A DNA stretch of 64,000 bases. It comes from Hypanus sabinus (taxonomy: Eukaryota). Shown here one piece after another: positions 1 through 11,150 of this stretch. Position 1 is the first letter of the stretch, and each line of letters opens with the position of its first letter. The stretch is taken from NCBI RefSeq assembly GCF_030144855.1, contig NC_082712.1, positions 121,334,001 through 121,398,000 on the forward strand. Reading direction: 5' to 3'. The position numbers were made by a program, and so were the translations under genes. Below the pieces are notes generated by a model. The model worked only from the letters and a program-made list of their open reading frames with translations. It made no database searches and had not been told where the DNA came from.

Positions 1-399
1 GGGTTGATGGGACTTTACAGTGAGTCATCGGACTGAAGAGCTTCCTTCGATGTTATGGAAATATATTGAAATTTCAAGTTTTCTTTGAAAAACCTCCACA
101 CTGAAAGTGCTGAAGATGAATTCTTACAGCACTTTCTTTTTCATAAGACAAGACCTTTGATTTTTGAATTTTCTCCCCATTTAGAAAATGGTCCTTGCCT
201 TTCCTGAACTGTTCATGTCTGGTTTGTATTTATATCCTAACTGACTGATATAATCAGAGTAATAAACAGTGAGAACACAGCATGGGAAATGTCCCTTCAA
301 AAAAATGAGTCCACACCATCAATCAAACACCAGTTGACACCAATCCAAAACTATGCTTCCATCAACTCCTACCATTCAGTGGGGGAAATTACAGTGATG

Positions 400-585
400 A
401 ATTAACCTGCCAACCCATATTTCCTTGGGATGTGGGAAGGAATTGGAGCTTTTGAGGAAGCCAACATGCTCATAGGGAAAACATGTAAACTCCACAGAGG
501 CAGCATTGGAGGTCTGGGTTGTACCAGGGTCACTGAAACAGTAAGGCAGCAATTCTACCAGTGGCCAAACTCGCCCTTGCAGTAA
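400..585 (-). mobile_element. Decayed V-SINE (HE1-like) fragment
   Basis: Reverse of the V-domain motif (gggatgtgggaagga...acatgtaaactccacaga) with tRNA-like head remnants; similar to 22735-22960 and 51380-51650. Confidence 0.65.
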
Positions 586-850
586 AGCTCTGAGGCCAAG
601 TGACTTTGTGAGATCGCCAGCAATTCCAAGTGAAATATATCCTGGCACTATTAATTTGTTTGTAATTGGTAGGCAGTTAAAAGAGGTTAGGACATGTGTC
701 TGTTTTAGGTTTTAGCAAGTGATACGAGTTCTACAACTAGAGTATTACAAGTGGCTAAAAAGCACGGGACTCTGGAGCTGAAGGGAGATTTGTTTCACAT
801 CAGAACTATCATCATTGAGAAGCAATTCCCAACACTAGCTTTCCTGATTG

Positions 851-1460
851 TTTACTGACTGGTTGCATCACGGCGTGGTATGGAAACAACAATGCCCTTG
901 AAAGGAAAAACCTACAAAAAGTAGTGGATTCTGTCCAATCCATCACAGCTAAAGCCCTCCCCACTGATGAGTACATCCACAAGGACGGTTGATGCAGGAA
1001 AGCAGCCTCCTTCATCAAGGACCCTTCCACCCACCCCACTGTCCAGGCAATGTTGTCTTCTCACTGCTGCCATCAGGAAAGAGGTACAGGAGTCGTAGGA
1101 CTCACACCACCAAGTTCAGGAACAGTTATTACCCCTCAACCATCAGGCTCTTAAACCAGAGGTCTTAACTTCACTCACCCCGACACTGAATTGTTCCCAC
1201 AGCCTATGGGCACTCTTTATCATATGTTTTCATTATTTCTTGTTTATTTGCTTATTATGATTAACTTGTTTGACTTTTTATTTCTTTTGGTATTTGTACA
1301 GTTTGTTACTTTAGTACATTCATTGCCTGTGCACAGATTGTCATTGAGTCTATTGTTTTTTCTTCATAGTTACTGTGAATGCCTGCAAGAAAATGAATCT
1401 TAGGGTACTATACAGTGATGTATTGGTACTTTGATAATAAATTTACTTTGAACTGTGAAT
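851..1460 (+). mobile_element. Rex1/Babar-type LINE 3' end
   Basis: End-of-ORF motif ctgactggttgcatcacggcgtggtatgg...ctgccatcaggaaagaggtacagg, a 3'UTR ending aataaatttactttgaact, and many homologous copies in the window. Confidence 0.8.
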
Positions 1461-1533
1461 CAAGTACAGGATGAAAAAGAACCAACCCCTCTTTGCTTTA
1501 GGGATGCTCCCAAGTGGGATGCTTTGGCTGGAT

Positions 1534-1586
1534 ACTTTCAGAAGCTGGAGTCATGATAGACTTTCAGAAGCTGGAGTCATGATAGA
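1534..1586. repeat. 26-bp exact tandem duplication
   Basis: actttcagaagctggagtcatgatag x2. Confidence 0.9.
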
Positions 1587-2379
1587 TTATTGACACTTCA
1601 ACCATGATACCTTGGAAATATGTCCTATTAAAGCTTGTAATATTGAAAATTTACACACTTCTCAGAAGTAGGAGTAGATATAAACTGCACTGGCTCTTTT
1701 ATCTGAGGAGAAATACATCTCTCTCCAATGTCATTGCTATGAGGACTATTTCTGATTTTACCACTTACATCCATGCGGGTACACTTAGTTTCCGATTTAC
1801 CTCAGGCCAGTGTGATTTTAGCTAGCTTGTGCTTAAATCGTTTCAACTCTTTTGGGGTAAGGAGGGGAAATGTAATTAAAATTGCTCAATAGAGCTGAGT
1901 TGGAGATGCTTCCAGACCCAAATAGCCTGCAAATGCTTATGGTGCTGCAAAATCAGACCATGGAGAAGCATGCTTGTCCCCAGAGCACCTGATGCTAAAA
2001 CCATTGTTGCTGTTTTAATATGGAGCGCAGGCTGAAAATCTTAACATTTCATATCTTTGTGCCCTGAATTAATAATTAAAATCTGATTGTTATCCCTGTG
2101 ACTAGACTGACTAAGAGTTGGCTGCGCACAGACGTCAGTGGCTTAAAAACTGGTTGCAAGATTTAGCAAGAATGATGAAAAGAATCCTCAGAACAGTGCA
2201 TCTTCTAAGGCTGTTAAATTGGTTTATTTTGTGTGAACTTAGAATAAAGTATAAGATTATAGCTATTGTAGTAATTACTCTGTTAAATGGAGTACGAAGG
2301 AGCTTTGAATCAGAAGGTCACCTTAACCCTCAGTAACTGAGTATTGTGTTAGAGTTGGTTTTTATACCTCTCAATAAGA

Positions 2380-2705
2380 GATAGTGATTCCAGACACTAG
2401 AACATAGAATGAAAGCTGACACCTACTGATGGAGGTGTTATCTTTCAGATGAGGTGCTAAGCTAACATATTGGATGTAAGATAGCATACAGCGCCATTTT
2501 GATAAAGAGAAGGGAACTATATATTCCCTCAACTATAATCAGTAAGAATAAAATGTCTTGCCTTTATTTCATTACTAATTGTGAGACGCTAGCCATTCAT
2601 ATATGAATACTGCACATCCCTACGTTAGAGGAACAATATAAGAGCAAGAGTACTTCAGGGCAGTAATACGCATTGTGGGTACCAGGCAAGTGCAAGATCT
2701 TCCCT
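2380..2705 (+). mobile_element. Ancient Deu-domain SINE (SacSINE1/AmnSINE1-like), highly decayed
   Basis: Ordered motifs gctgacac..ggaggtgttatctttcagatgag..ggatgtaa..aaagagaaggga..tattccctcaac..ttcattactaattgtgag..tgcaagatctt match the Deu-SINE body as recalled. Confidence 0.6.
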
Positions 2706-3060
2706 TTATTTGTCCCAGAATCAGAATCAAGTTTAATATCACTGGCATTAATAATAGGCACTGGAGAAGTTTTTTCCCTACTGCAGTCACTTTGCTGAAC
2801 AGTTAACTGCCGGTTAACTGTTGGCTAACAATTACTTGGATTGCACTACTTGTATGTATAATCTATATTTTCATTTATATTTATCATCTGTTATGAGCAG
2901 AGAGACAACATTTGCCAGAAGTAAATTCCTTGTATGTGTACAGGTACTTGGCGATTAAAGTCTGATTCTGATTCTGATATGTCATGAAATTTGTTGTCTT
3001 GGGGTAACAGTGCGATGCAATACATAGTAATACAGAAAAAAATTTGAATTACTCTAAATA

Positions 3061-3619
3061 TGTAACCCTCAGGTTCTGTCGGTTGCGTAGGTCTAGGGAA
3101 GACAATCTCTGGCCCCACCAAATGTGTGAGATTGAGGTGCAAAACCTCCTGTTTGTGTGGATGCTGCATGATGTGTTACCCTGTTACAAATCAGTACCAT
3201 GAAATAACAGACAGTACACCATATGCAATTAAATGATTTAGCTTTATAATTCTTATTTTGACTAAAGGGTTAGTAAAGTAAAACAAAAGGAAAAGGGTCC
3301 ATTTTAATGAAACAGTCTAGTGTGCACAAGTTGGAGCTCATAGTTCCCCTTCCGCTGGTCCTCCATCGATTTCCCCGGGCTTCGTCGACTCCCGGCCTCA
3401 GTCCAAATCCACTCCTTTCTGGTGTCTACAATCTCACCTTTCTGGCATCACTTCTCTCCATCTTCCACTAAACAAAAGACCCAGATCACCTCAGTCTCAG
3501 GCACACAACAAGAAGAAACACTCCCTTCAATGGGCGGTGCACATTCCAAAGGCCCCGATATCTCTAGCCATAACCCAAACACTGCTGCTATAGAAAAAAC
3601 CATTACATTAGCAGTGAAA
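3061..3619 (-). mobile_element. Solo LTR (Gypsy-like family A), truncated by the gap
   Basis: Starts TGTAAC; shares blocks such as cagacagtacaccatatgc.attaaatgatt, gttggagctc and cataacccaaaca with 30299-30987 and 5906-6541. Confidence 0.75.
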
Positions 3620-3795
3620 NNNNNNNNNNNNNNNNNNNNNNNNNNNNNNNNNNNNNNNNNNNNNNNNNNNNNNNNNNNNNNNNNNNNNNNNNNNNNNNNN
3701 NNNNNNNNNNNNNNNNNNNNNNNNNNNNNNNNNNNNNNNNNNNNNNNNNNNNNNNNNNNNNNNNNNNNNNNNNNNNNNNNNNNNNNNNNNNNNNT
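3620..3795. other. Assembly gap (N run)
   Basis: Run of N characters. Confidence 1.
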
Positions 3796-4780
3796 GCAAA
3801 AATAAAAATTCAATAAGTAGTGAAGTAGTGTTCATAGTTCAATGTCCATTGAGAAATTGGATGGCAGAAGCTGTTCCCGAGTAGTTGAGTTGAATGCCTT
3901 CGGCTTCCTGTACCTCCTTCGCGATGTGATGGTAGTAACGAGAACAGCGTCCGATTTTCACAGAACCCAGAGTGAGAAGTTGTATAAATGCAAGTTTGTT
4001 TTCAGGCTGAAGGGTACTAATGATAAAAAATATCCTTTTGTAAAGGGCATATAATAAATGTGCAAGCCAGCCAGTGTTCAGGCCATCAAGCTATACACCA
4101 TGATTTGTAGATCTTTATACTTAATACAGCGCTGCAAGTTATAATCCCCAAACAGCATCCTGCCCTTAGTCTCCTAATACTTTGAAGATCTTGCTGTATT
4201 TTCATATTAATTGCATATGAAATTTGCTGCAGAAATTTGGATCTGGGTTTTAACAGAGTATGTCCTTAACAGTGTGGTATTTCGAAAGTGATATCCATCG
4301 ATTTTCCAGAATGAGTTAAACATTAAATTACTTTATCTTCATTCCTGCATATAGTTTATTGTTGTCAGAACTATACAAAGTATTCTTTTTTATTTTTATT
4401 AATTTCCTTGAAATTTAATCCATTCATTCCTTTCTTCACATTATTTCCGCTCCTGTCCCTGATTTGACCCTAATTAATGTTCCTTTTCTCTGTATTTTTT
4501 CTCTTCCCTTAAATCTCCTCGATGAAGAAGCTGTGCTGTGGGGAATGCTGCAAACCATACTCCCAGATGCCCTTTTACACCTACCCTCTCCACTCTAAAA
4601 TCTATCAGTCTACAAAAAAAACTTACACTGCAAGCTGCCCTGCTCCTGCACGATCTGGGGCATTGTTTATCCATGCTGCTTCCCTCCAGTAATGAGGATT
4701 AAGGAACCCTAAATATACTCACAGTCTAACATATTGTCACACAAGAAAATGACACCCTATTTGATAAATCTTGCCAAACT

Positions 4781-4785
<5 letters not shown>

Positions 4786-4852
<67 letters not shown>
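4786..4852. repeat. (GA)n microsatellite, ~33 units
   Basis: Perfect GA dinucleotide run. Confidence 0.98.
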
Positions 4853-4853
<1 letters not shown>

Positions 4854-5700
4854 ACTGGAAAAGAGAATGCAGATCTCAATGCATGTGGGAATGAAGGGTG
4901 GAATATTTTAATCAGAATGGCTTAGTAGCCTAAATATATTTAGAAAACAATTGATTTAGTTCTGTCAAAAAACTCCTACTGGCTCAGCTGCTGCATGCTA
5001 ACAAGGTAAGGGAGTTGTGGCAAACAAATCATTTTCATGCTTTCTGAGTGTGTCAACTGAGCTTATTTGAAAATTAAATGGCACTTAGCTACTTAGAGAA
5101 ATGGAAACCTGCTGTATCCTTTGAGCCAAAAGTGTCCCCTAATCTATTGATGTATAATTGACTTTGAAAAGGCTGCAATTTAAAGCCACAATGGATATTA
5201 CAGATGGTGCTAAGTATTCCTTCCTGCAAACCATATCACATCTCAGATTATGTGCATCCGGCTTTGAGATTCCTAACCTGAATAATCGAGAAAATAGCAT
5301 TTACAAAGGACGCATAGAGGTTAAAAATCTTGAGTCATTGTTGCTGAAGTTGCAATTTTATATTTAAGTTGTGGATTGATTCTGTCATACTAATCTGTGC
5401 TCTCTGTATATCTATTTAATTGTTGTGGACATTTGAAATTGGAAGCTTCATGGTTCTTAAATCTGTTCAAATGATCAGTAAGAAATTTCTCAAAAGCTTT
5501 TGATTTAAAATTCCAGTGTTGCTGACCTGACTCTCACGTTCCGTTTGGAAGAAAGTTTTTGATAAAGTTAAAGTTTCAAAAAAAATTAACTCTGTCCAAG
5601 TAATGTCATTGGATCACACGTAGAGAACGAAGCCAGAGGCCCCTGAGCCAAGTGTCATTAGGGGATGGGAGGTTAGAGAGTAACTTCAAGTTCCTTAGTA

Positions 5701-5795
5701 ACACTCACAAAACACTGGAGGAACTCAGCAGGTGTGGCAGAATCTATGGAGAGGAATAAATACTTGATGTTTCAGGATGAAACACTTCATCAGGG
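5701..5795 (-). mobile_element. Penelope-derived short element with degenerate hammerhead core
   Basis: ctggaggaactcagcagg arm; the minus strand reads cctgatgaagtgtttcatcctgaaacatcaag. Confidence 0.6.
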
Positions 5796-7170
5796 GTTTA
5801 TCTTCCTTGGCGTTATCATATCAGTGGATCTGTCCTGTGACCAGCACTTAAGTTCCATCACAAAGAAGGCACAACAGCACCTCTACTTTATTTGATATTT
5901 GTGTATGTAACTATCTGTGCCCCCAATTTACCCCCGTTCGCTTAGGGTGAACCATTGTTGTCACCCTGCCAACAGTGTAATACTTCAGTGTAAGTATGGT
6001 GTAATGCTCCCCAGTACACACCTGCAACACAAATATCAGACCAAATACTCACCAAAGGCGAGTAAGTAATTACAACTTTATAGTTATTTCTTACTGATGG
6101 GTTAGTAGAAACAGATGACCTAAAGGTGCCAAATCAGTAAGTTTATCAGTTTGTACACATAATATTTTAATACGTTGAAGCTCTTGCCTCCGGTTCCATC
6201 CACAATGACCTTCTGAGCCTTTGGCCACCATGTGAACCGTCGACATGCAGTATCTGCCACACTGGAACCACTGTCTGCTCCTCACTTGTCCATCCTCCTC
6301 GCTCGCCTCCTGAAAAAGACCACAAACTCCCACTCAGCTCATACATACAAGGTAGCACAACAATTCTCCATTGGTTATTTCCCCCCTTATCTGCAGTCAT
6401 AACCCAAACATTCCAGCTACAGAAACCCATTACAGCATTAAGTAACATTACAGAGAAGCCATTTCTTTATAACAATACAGAGAAGCCATTTTGTTAGCCT
6501 GAACAGTTGACACCATAGTTAATGGTACTGAGAGCCCTACACGTAGATTCGGCATGTCCCTTAGAGCTTTAACCAACTTCTATAGATGCACAGTGAAGAG
6601 TATCCTGACTTGCCTGCATCACGGCACGGTATGGAATCAGCAATGCTCAGGAATGGAAACAGCTTACAGAAAATGGCGGATATAGCCCAGTCCGTGAAAT
6701 GTAAAGCCCTCACTCCGTTGAGCACATTTACCAAAAATGTTGCCACAAGAAAGCAGTATCCATCATCAAGGACCTCACCAACCAGGCCGTGCTCTGGCCT
6801 CACAACTACCATCAGACAAGATGTACGGGAGCCTGAAGTCCCAAACAACCAGGTTCAGGAACAGTTATTGCCCTACAACGATCAGGCTCTTGAACTGGCA
6901 TGGATAACTTCACTCACCTCAAATATGAACTCATTCCACAACATACAGACTTAGTTTAATGACTCTACAACTCATGTTTTCAGCATTATTTAGTTTTGAT
7001 TTCATTGTTTGTCTTCTTCCGCCCTTTGGTTGTTTGCCTGTCTTTATTTGTATATTTTTTTTCATAAATTCCATTGTATGTCTTTATTTTACTGTAAGTT
7101 TCCTGCAAGAAAATTAATCTCAAGGTAGTATATGGTGTCAAATACATACTTTGTTAATAAATTTACTTGG
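5796..7170 (+). mobile_element. Rex1/Babar LINE 3' portion, interrupted by a solo LTR
   Basis: ttccttggcgttatcatatcagtggatctgtcctg...aagaaggcacaacagcacctctacttt, resuming after the LTR as gattcggcatgtcc; tail aataaatttactt. Confidence 0.8.
5906..6541 (-). mobile_element. Solo LTR (Gypsy-like family A), 636 bp
   Basis: TGTAAC...CCTACA termini; 4-bp TSD tgta/cgta (one CpG-type change); the host LINE is continuous across the site. Confidence 0.85.
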
Positions 7171-7819
7171 ATTGTCTTTGAAGAAGGGGTGCCCGGATTG
7201 ATATTTTTCACTGCTCTCCCCAATCATTTCACAAGTCCTTAGCCTGTAGAAATTCTGAGTGGCATTCTCCTCCATTGCTTCTAGTGCGATTAGTTCATTT
7301 GTTACAGAACAGCAGTTGAGCATTTGGAATATGAAGAACAGGAGCAGGCCAGTCAGTTCTGTGAGCTTGCCCTGCCGAACAACTGGACACAGACTGCGGT
7401 CTACCTTAATCGCATTTAATTCTTTCTTTGGATTCAGTTCTAATGAAGGGTCTTCATCTGTTTCCGTCAATTCATAAATGCAGCTCTATTGATTATTCCA
7501 GTGGAGCAGCATCTGTGAATAGAAAGAAACAGATGAGTTCTTCATGCATTTCTGTTCTTCTTGCAGATTTCAGCAGCTGCAATTTCATTTATTTTCTACT
7601 AACAAAAGAAACCTCCTTGAAATACAACTTTTAACCACAAAGGCGCAGGAGTTCAGATATTTTATGGACAAATTTAACCTTTCATGGTTTGGAAGAAATT
7701 GAGGTTAAAATTCCCCAAAGCAAGAGTGAACAATCCATAAATCACATCCAGTTGGCAGATTTGCAGGCATAAGTGTACATTTGGCTTCCCACATCTGGGA
7801 TCTGCCAGGGAGGCTTGTT

Positions 7820-8090
7820 CAAAGTTCAAAGTAAATTTTATCATCAGAGTCACCACACGTCACCACATACAACCCTGATGTTCTTTTTCCTCTGGCATAC
7901 TCAGCAAATCTATAGAATAGTAACTGTAAACAGGATCAATGAAAGAGGAAGTAGAGCATAGAAGACGACAGGCTGTGCAAATGTAAATATAAATAAATAG
8001 CAATAAATAACAGGAGCATGAAATAACAAGATAAAGAATCCTTAAAGTGAGATCATTGGTTGTGTGTAGTTATCCTCTTTCGTTCAAGTA
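7820..8090 (-). mobile_element. Rex1/Babar 3' tail
   Basis: gttcaaagttcaaagtaaattttatcatcagagt...caccacatacaaccctga is the reverse of the (TTTGAAC)n tail. Confidence 0.75.
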
Positions 8091-8689
8091 GTTAAATGCA
8101 TGAATTAAGTAGTTAAGGTGTTCAAACAATAACTTAACTGGCAATAAAGTTCACCAGACCTGAACAGGTTTCATGAGTTTCCTGAACTTTACTATCAAAA
8201 TGAGAAGAAGCCCAAATGACATTTTATTGAAGTAATTCAGAATCAAGCACAACAAATCCTCAATTTTCACTGCTATTTACCTATGAATTCTGGTAGGTAA
8301 ACACACAGTTTTGAGCAGATTGGTGGGGGATGCCACGACTCCCTTGGATTTGAGCTCCAGAGGGAGCATGGTAATCAATGTCTGCGGCCACTCAGCAGAA
8401 AGAGGTAGCACTCCTGGGAAATCTAATTGCACATCCGAAATTACAGGAAGAGCTTGAAAATGCATACTATCAGACCCAAGGACAACTTCTATCCCATTGT
8501 TATCAAACCCTTGAATGGACTTCTTATGTGCAAAAGATGAACCCTTGATCACTCAGTCTACCTCGTCACAACTCTTACATTTTCTCTGCAACTGTAGTAC
8601 TATATTCTGCATTCCATTTTCTTTTTATTTCAATTTTATTTTGTAATTGATACAATTACAAAAAAGGCACAACGGCAGCTATATTTCTA

Positions 8690-9480
8690 GGGACGACTGA
8701 GCAAGCGCGTGGACATTAGTGAGTTAGATCAGCGCAAAGAGTTTAAAGGAGACAGATTCTTCCTCAGCGGATTGATCAAGGGATCAGTGTGGACATTAAC
8801 GCGTTAGACCGGCGAGAAGTTCAAAAGGAGACAGCTTTACAGAGCAGGCTTCAAGGGAGCAGGTGATGGAGTGGAAGGAGACAGAATAGAGGGGCTTTGG
8901 TTCAGTGGGGCTTCGGTGATAATGGGTTGAGGTCAGGTAGGTTATCTGTGAATAGAAATAGGAAGTGTGTCTGTGAGGCTGGTGTTCTGTACTGAGTGTC
9001 AGATGTTGAAGTCCGGGAGACTCCCAGCCTCCCAGAAGGCTACAGCTGCACCAGATGCGTCGAGCTGCAGCTCCTTAGGGACCGGACAGGGAAAGTGAGG
9101 AGGTGATAGAGAGGAGCTATAAGCAAGTAGTCACATTGGGTCCTCGGGAGACCCAATTACAGTGGCCATTACAGTGACTTGGATGGTTCAGGGTCAGGAA
9201 TGGTTACTTAGAGTGCCAGGGTATAGATGTTTCAGAAAGGACAGGGAGGGAGGCAAAATAGGTGGGGGCACTGTTGATCAGAGATAGTGTCACGGCAGCA
9301 GAAAAGGACAAAGTCATGGAGGGATTGTCAGCTGAGTCTCTGTGAGTGGAAGTTAGAAACAGGAAGAGGTCAATAACTCTACAGTGTGTTTTTTATAGAC
9401 CACCCAATAGTAATAGGGATATAGAGGAGCAGATAGGGAGATAGATTCTGGAAAGGTGTAATAATAACAGGGTTGTCGTG
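8690..9480 (+). mobile_element. CR1 LINE 5' portion (5'UTR, ORF1 N-terminal Cys motif, ORF2 endonuclease start) with internal deletion
   Basis: Duplicated 5' unit gtggacatta...gttaga; decayed CTECQM...CTRCVELQLL; then QEWLLRVPGYRCFRKDREGGK and FYRPPNSNRDIEEQIG (APE domain). Confidence 0.8.
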
Positions 9481-9843
9481 TTGGCACTGTATCTTGATAC
9501 ATTTGACAATAATAAACCAATTATCAATTGGCTTGCAGAGGTACATTGTTTCTTGGGACTCAGGTCCCTAATTAGATTAAGAAGAGTTGGTGTGGATAGT
9601 GGAGTGGCAGTGTTAGTATGATGTGGATCTATACCCTCCTCTAATGATCATGTTAGATCATCATGCACTGTATCCAGAGGGGTGGCATAATGGCCAAGCT
9701 GCTTATATTTTTAATTGTTGTAGCAACAAGTTTCATCCGCCTTATGCTCTGGAAATTTTGCTTAAACTTGATGCTACCGTTAAGCATCTCAAACCTGTGA
9801 TGATGATTCTTTTTTGTCTTTACATGCAAAATCCCAACTCCAA

Positions 9844-10019
9844 CAAACACAAGCAAATCTGCAGACGATGTAAATCCAAAGCAACACCCACAAAATGCTG
9901 GAAGACTCAGCAGGCCAGGTCCTGATGAAGGATCTTGGACCGAAACGTTGACTCTTTACTCTTTTCCATAGATGCTGCCTGGCCTGCTGAGTTCTTCCAG
10001 CAATTTGTGTGTGTGTTGC
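9844..10019. mobile_element. Palindromic Penelope-derived non-autonomous element
   Basis: Inverted arms caacac..aaaatgctgg / ccagca.tttgtgtgtgtgttg; 12-bp TSD tcccaactccaa; hammerhead core at 9919-9952 (+). Confidence 0.85.
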
Positions 10020-10889
10020 TCCCAACTCCAAAAGTCCTCCATCTTCCAAGTACTCTCAATGAGATTACCTCCGTAGGTCCACAGCTAAACTTTGCAAAAA
10101 CCCAACCAGAAATTGAATGGTTACTCTGCAGACCAGCATGTAAAATTGACTATGCTCCCACAACTTCAGTAGAGCTTCAGACTTTATGTTTGTCATAGAT
10201 TTTGCAGTGTAATTCTGGTCTATTCTTTGTTGTTACCTTAACGTGTGAAAGATCTATTTACTTATGTGACTTTGAATGCACTTGAGCTGAGCAGGCTAAT
10301 TGTTTATGACACATCAAGATTACTAAGCATTTGTCATTACACACCTACACCAACAATGTATAATAAACTGTTGCTGCTTCTACAAAATAATGCATTGCTT
10401 ACATTGCTAGCATGGTAATTTAGTGAATTAGCCATTTGGAAATAGGAATGAGTTTGTAGTCGCATCCTTGATAATTGTTTTGTATCATGCTGAAGTGACT
10501 GAACGGGATTAAATTTACAGGCAACATTTAATCCAGATTAACCTTAGACTAGGTCCATGCCAGACTGACTCGCTCACACTAATGTCAGTTTGTTCCTGTA
10601 TGTCTAACCCTAGCCCCAAAATATGTCAACCTGTTTCCAAGCAACAAACCCCCTGAATATTACATCAACCCACACGAAGTACAGCATCTATGAAGGAAAA
10701 TGAACACTTGCGGTTCCAGACCGGAGATGTCGGGTGCTCATTTTCCTCCGTAGACGCTGCTTGTCCTGCTGAGTTCCTCCAGCATTTTGGAAGTCTCTCT
10801 TGAATGTCTCTGAACACTAGATATCATTCAGACAAAAGGGACAGGCTTTAGAATATATTTGAGCCATTGCTTCTGCTGCAAGTGTAATG

Positions 10890-11150
10890 GTGTCAAATAT
10901 CAGAGGTGAAAGGGAGAAAGTGTAAAGGAGAATTGCAGGGTGTGATTTTTACACAGTGAGTGTTGGGTGCCTGGAATGGGCTGCTGGAGATGGTTGTGGA
11001 AGCAGACATATTTAAGAGACATTTCATCAAACACATGAACATAGATGAAATGGAGGAATATGGATCATGTGCAGACAGGTGAGATTGGTTTCAATTAGCA
11101 TCATGCTTGGAACAGACATCCTGTGTTGAATGGCCTATCCCTATTCAATG
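10890..11150 (+). mobile_element. CR1 LINE 3' end
   Basis: tttttacacagtgagtgttgggtgcctggaatgggctgct (FFTQRVV.AWN-like) followed by a CR1 3'UTR. Confidence 0.7.

Larger units (their letters stand above)
2716..3950 (-). mobile_element. Rex1/Babar 3' end (minus strand), interrupted by a + strand LINE tail (~2760-2978), a solo LTR and the assembly gap
   Basis: (CAGAAT)n tail at 2716, continuation atgtcatgaaatttgttg after 2978, and ttcctgtacctcctt at ~3905; the inserted + tail ends (TCTGAT)n. Confidence 0.65.

Noticed and set aside
3422-3835. ORFs spanning the N run
   Set aside because: Artefacts of the assembly gap.
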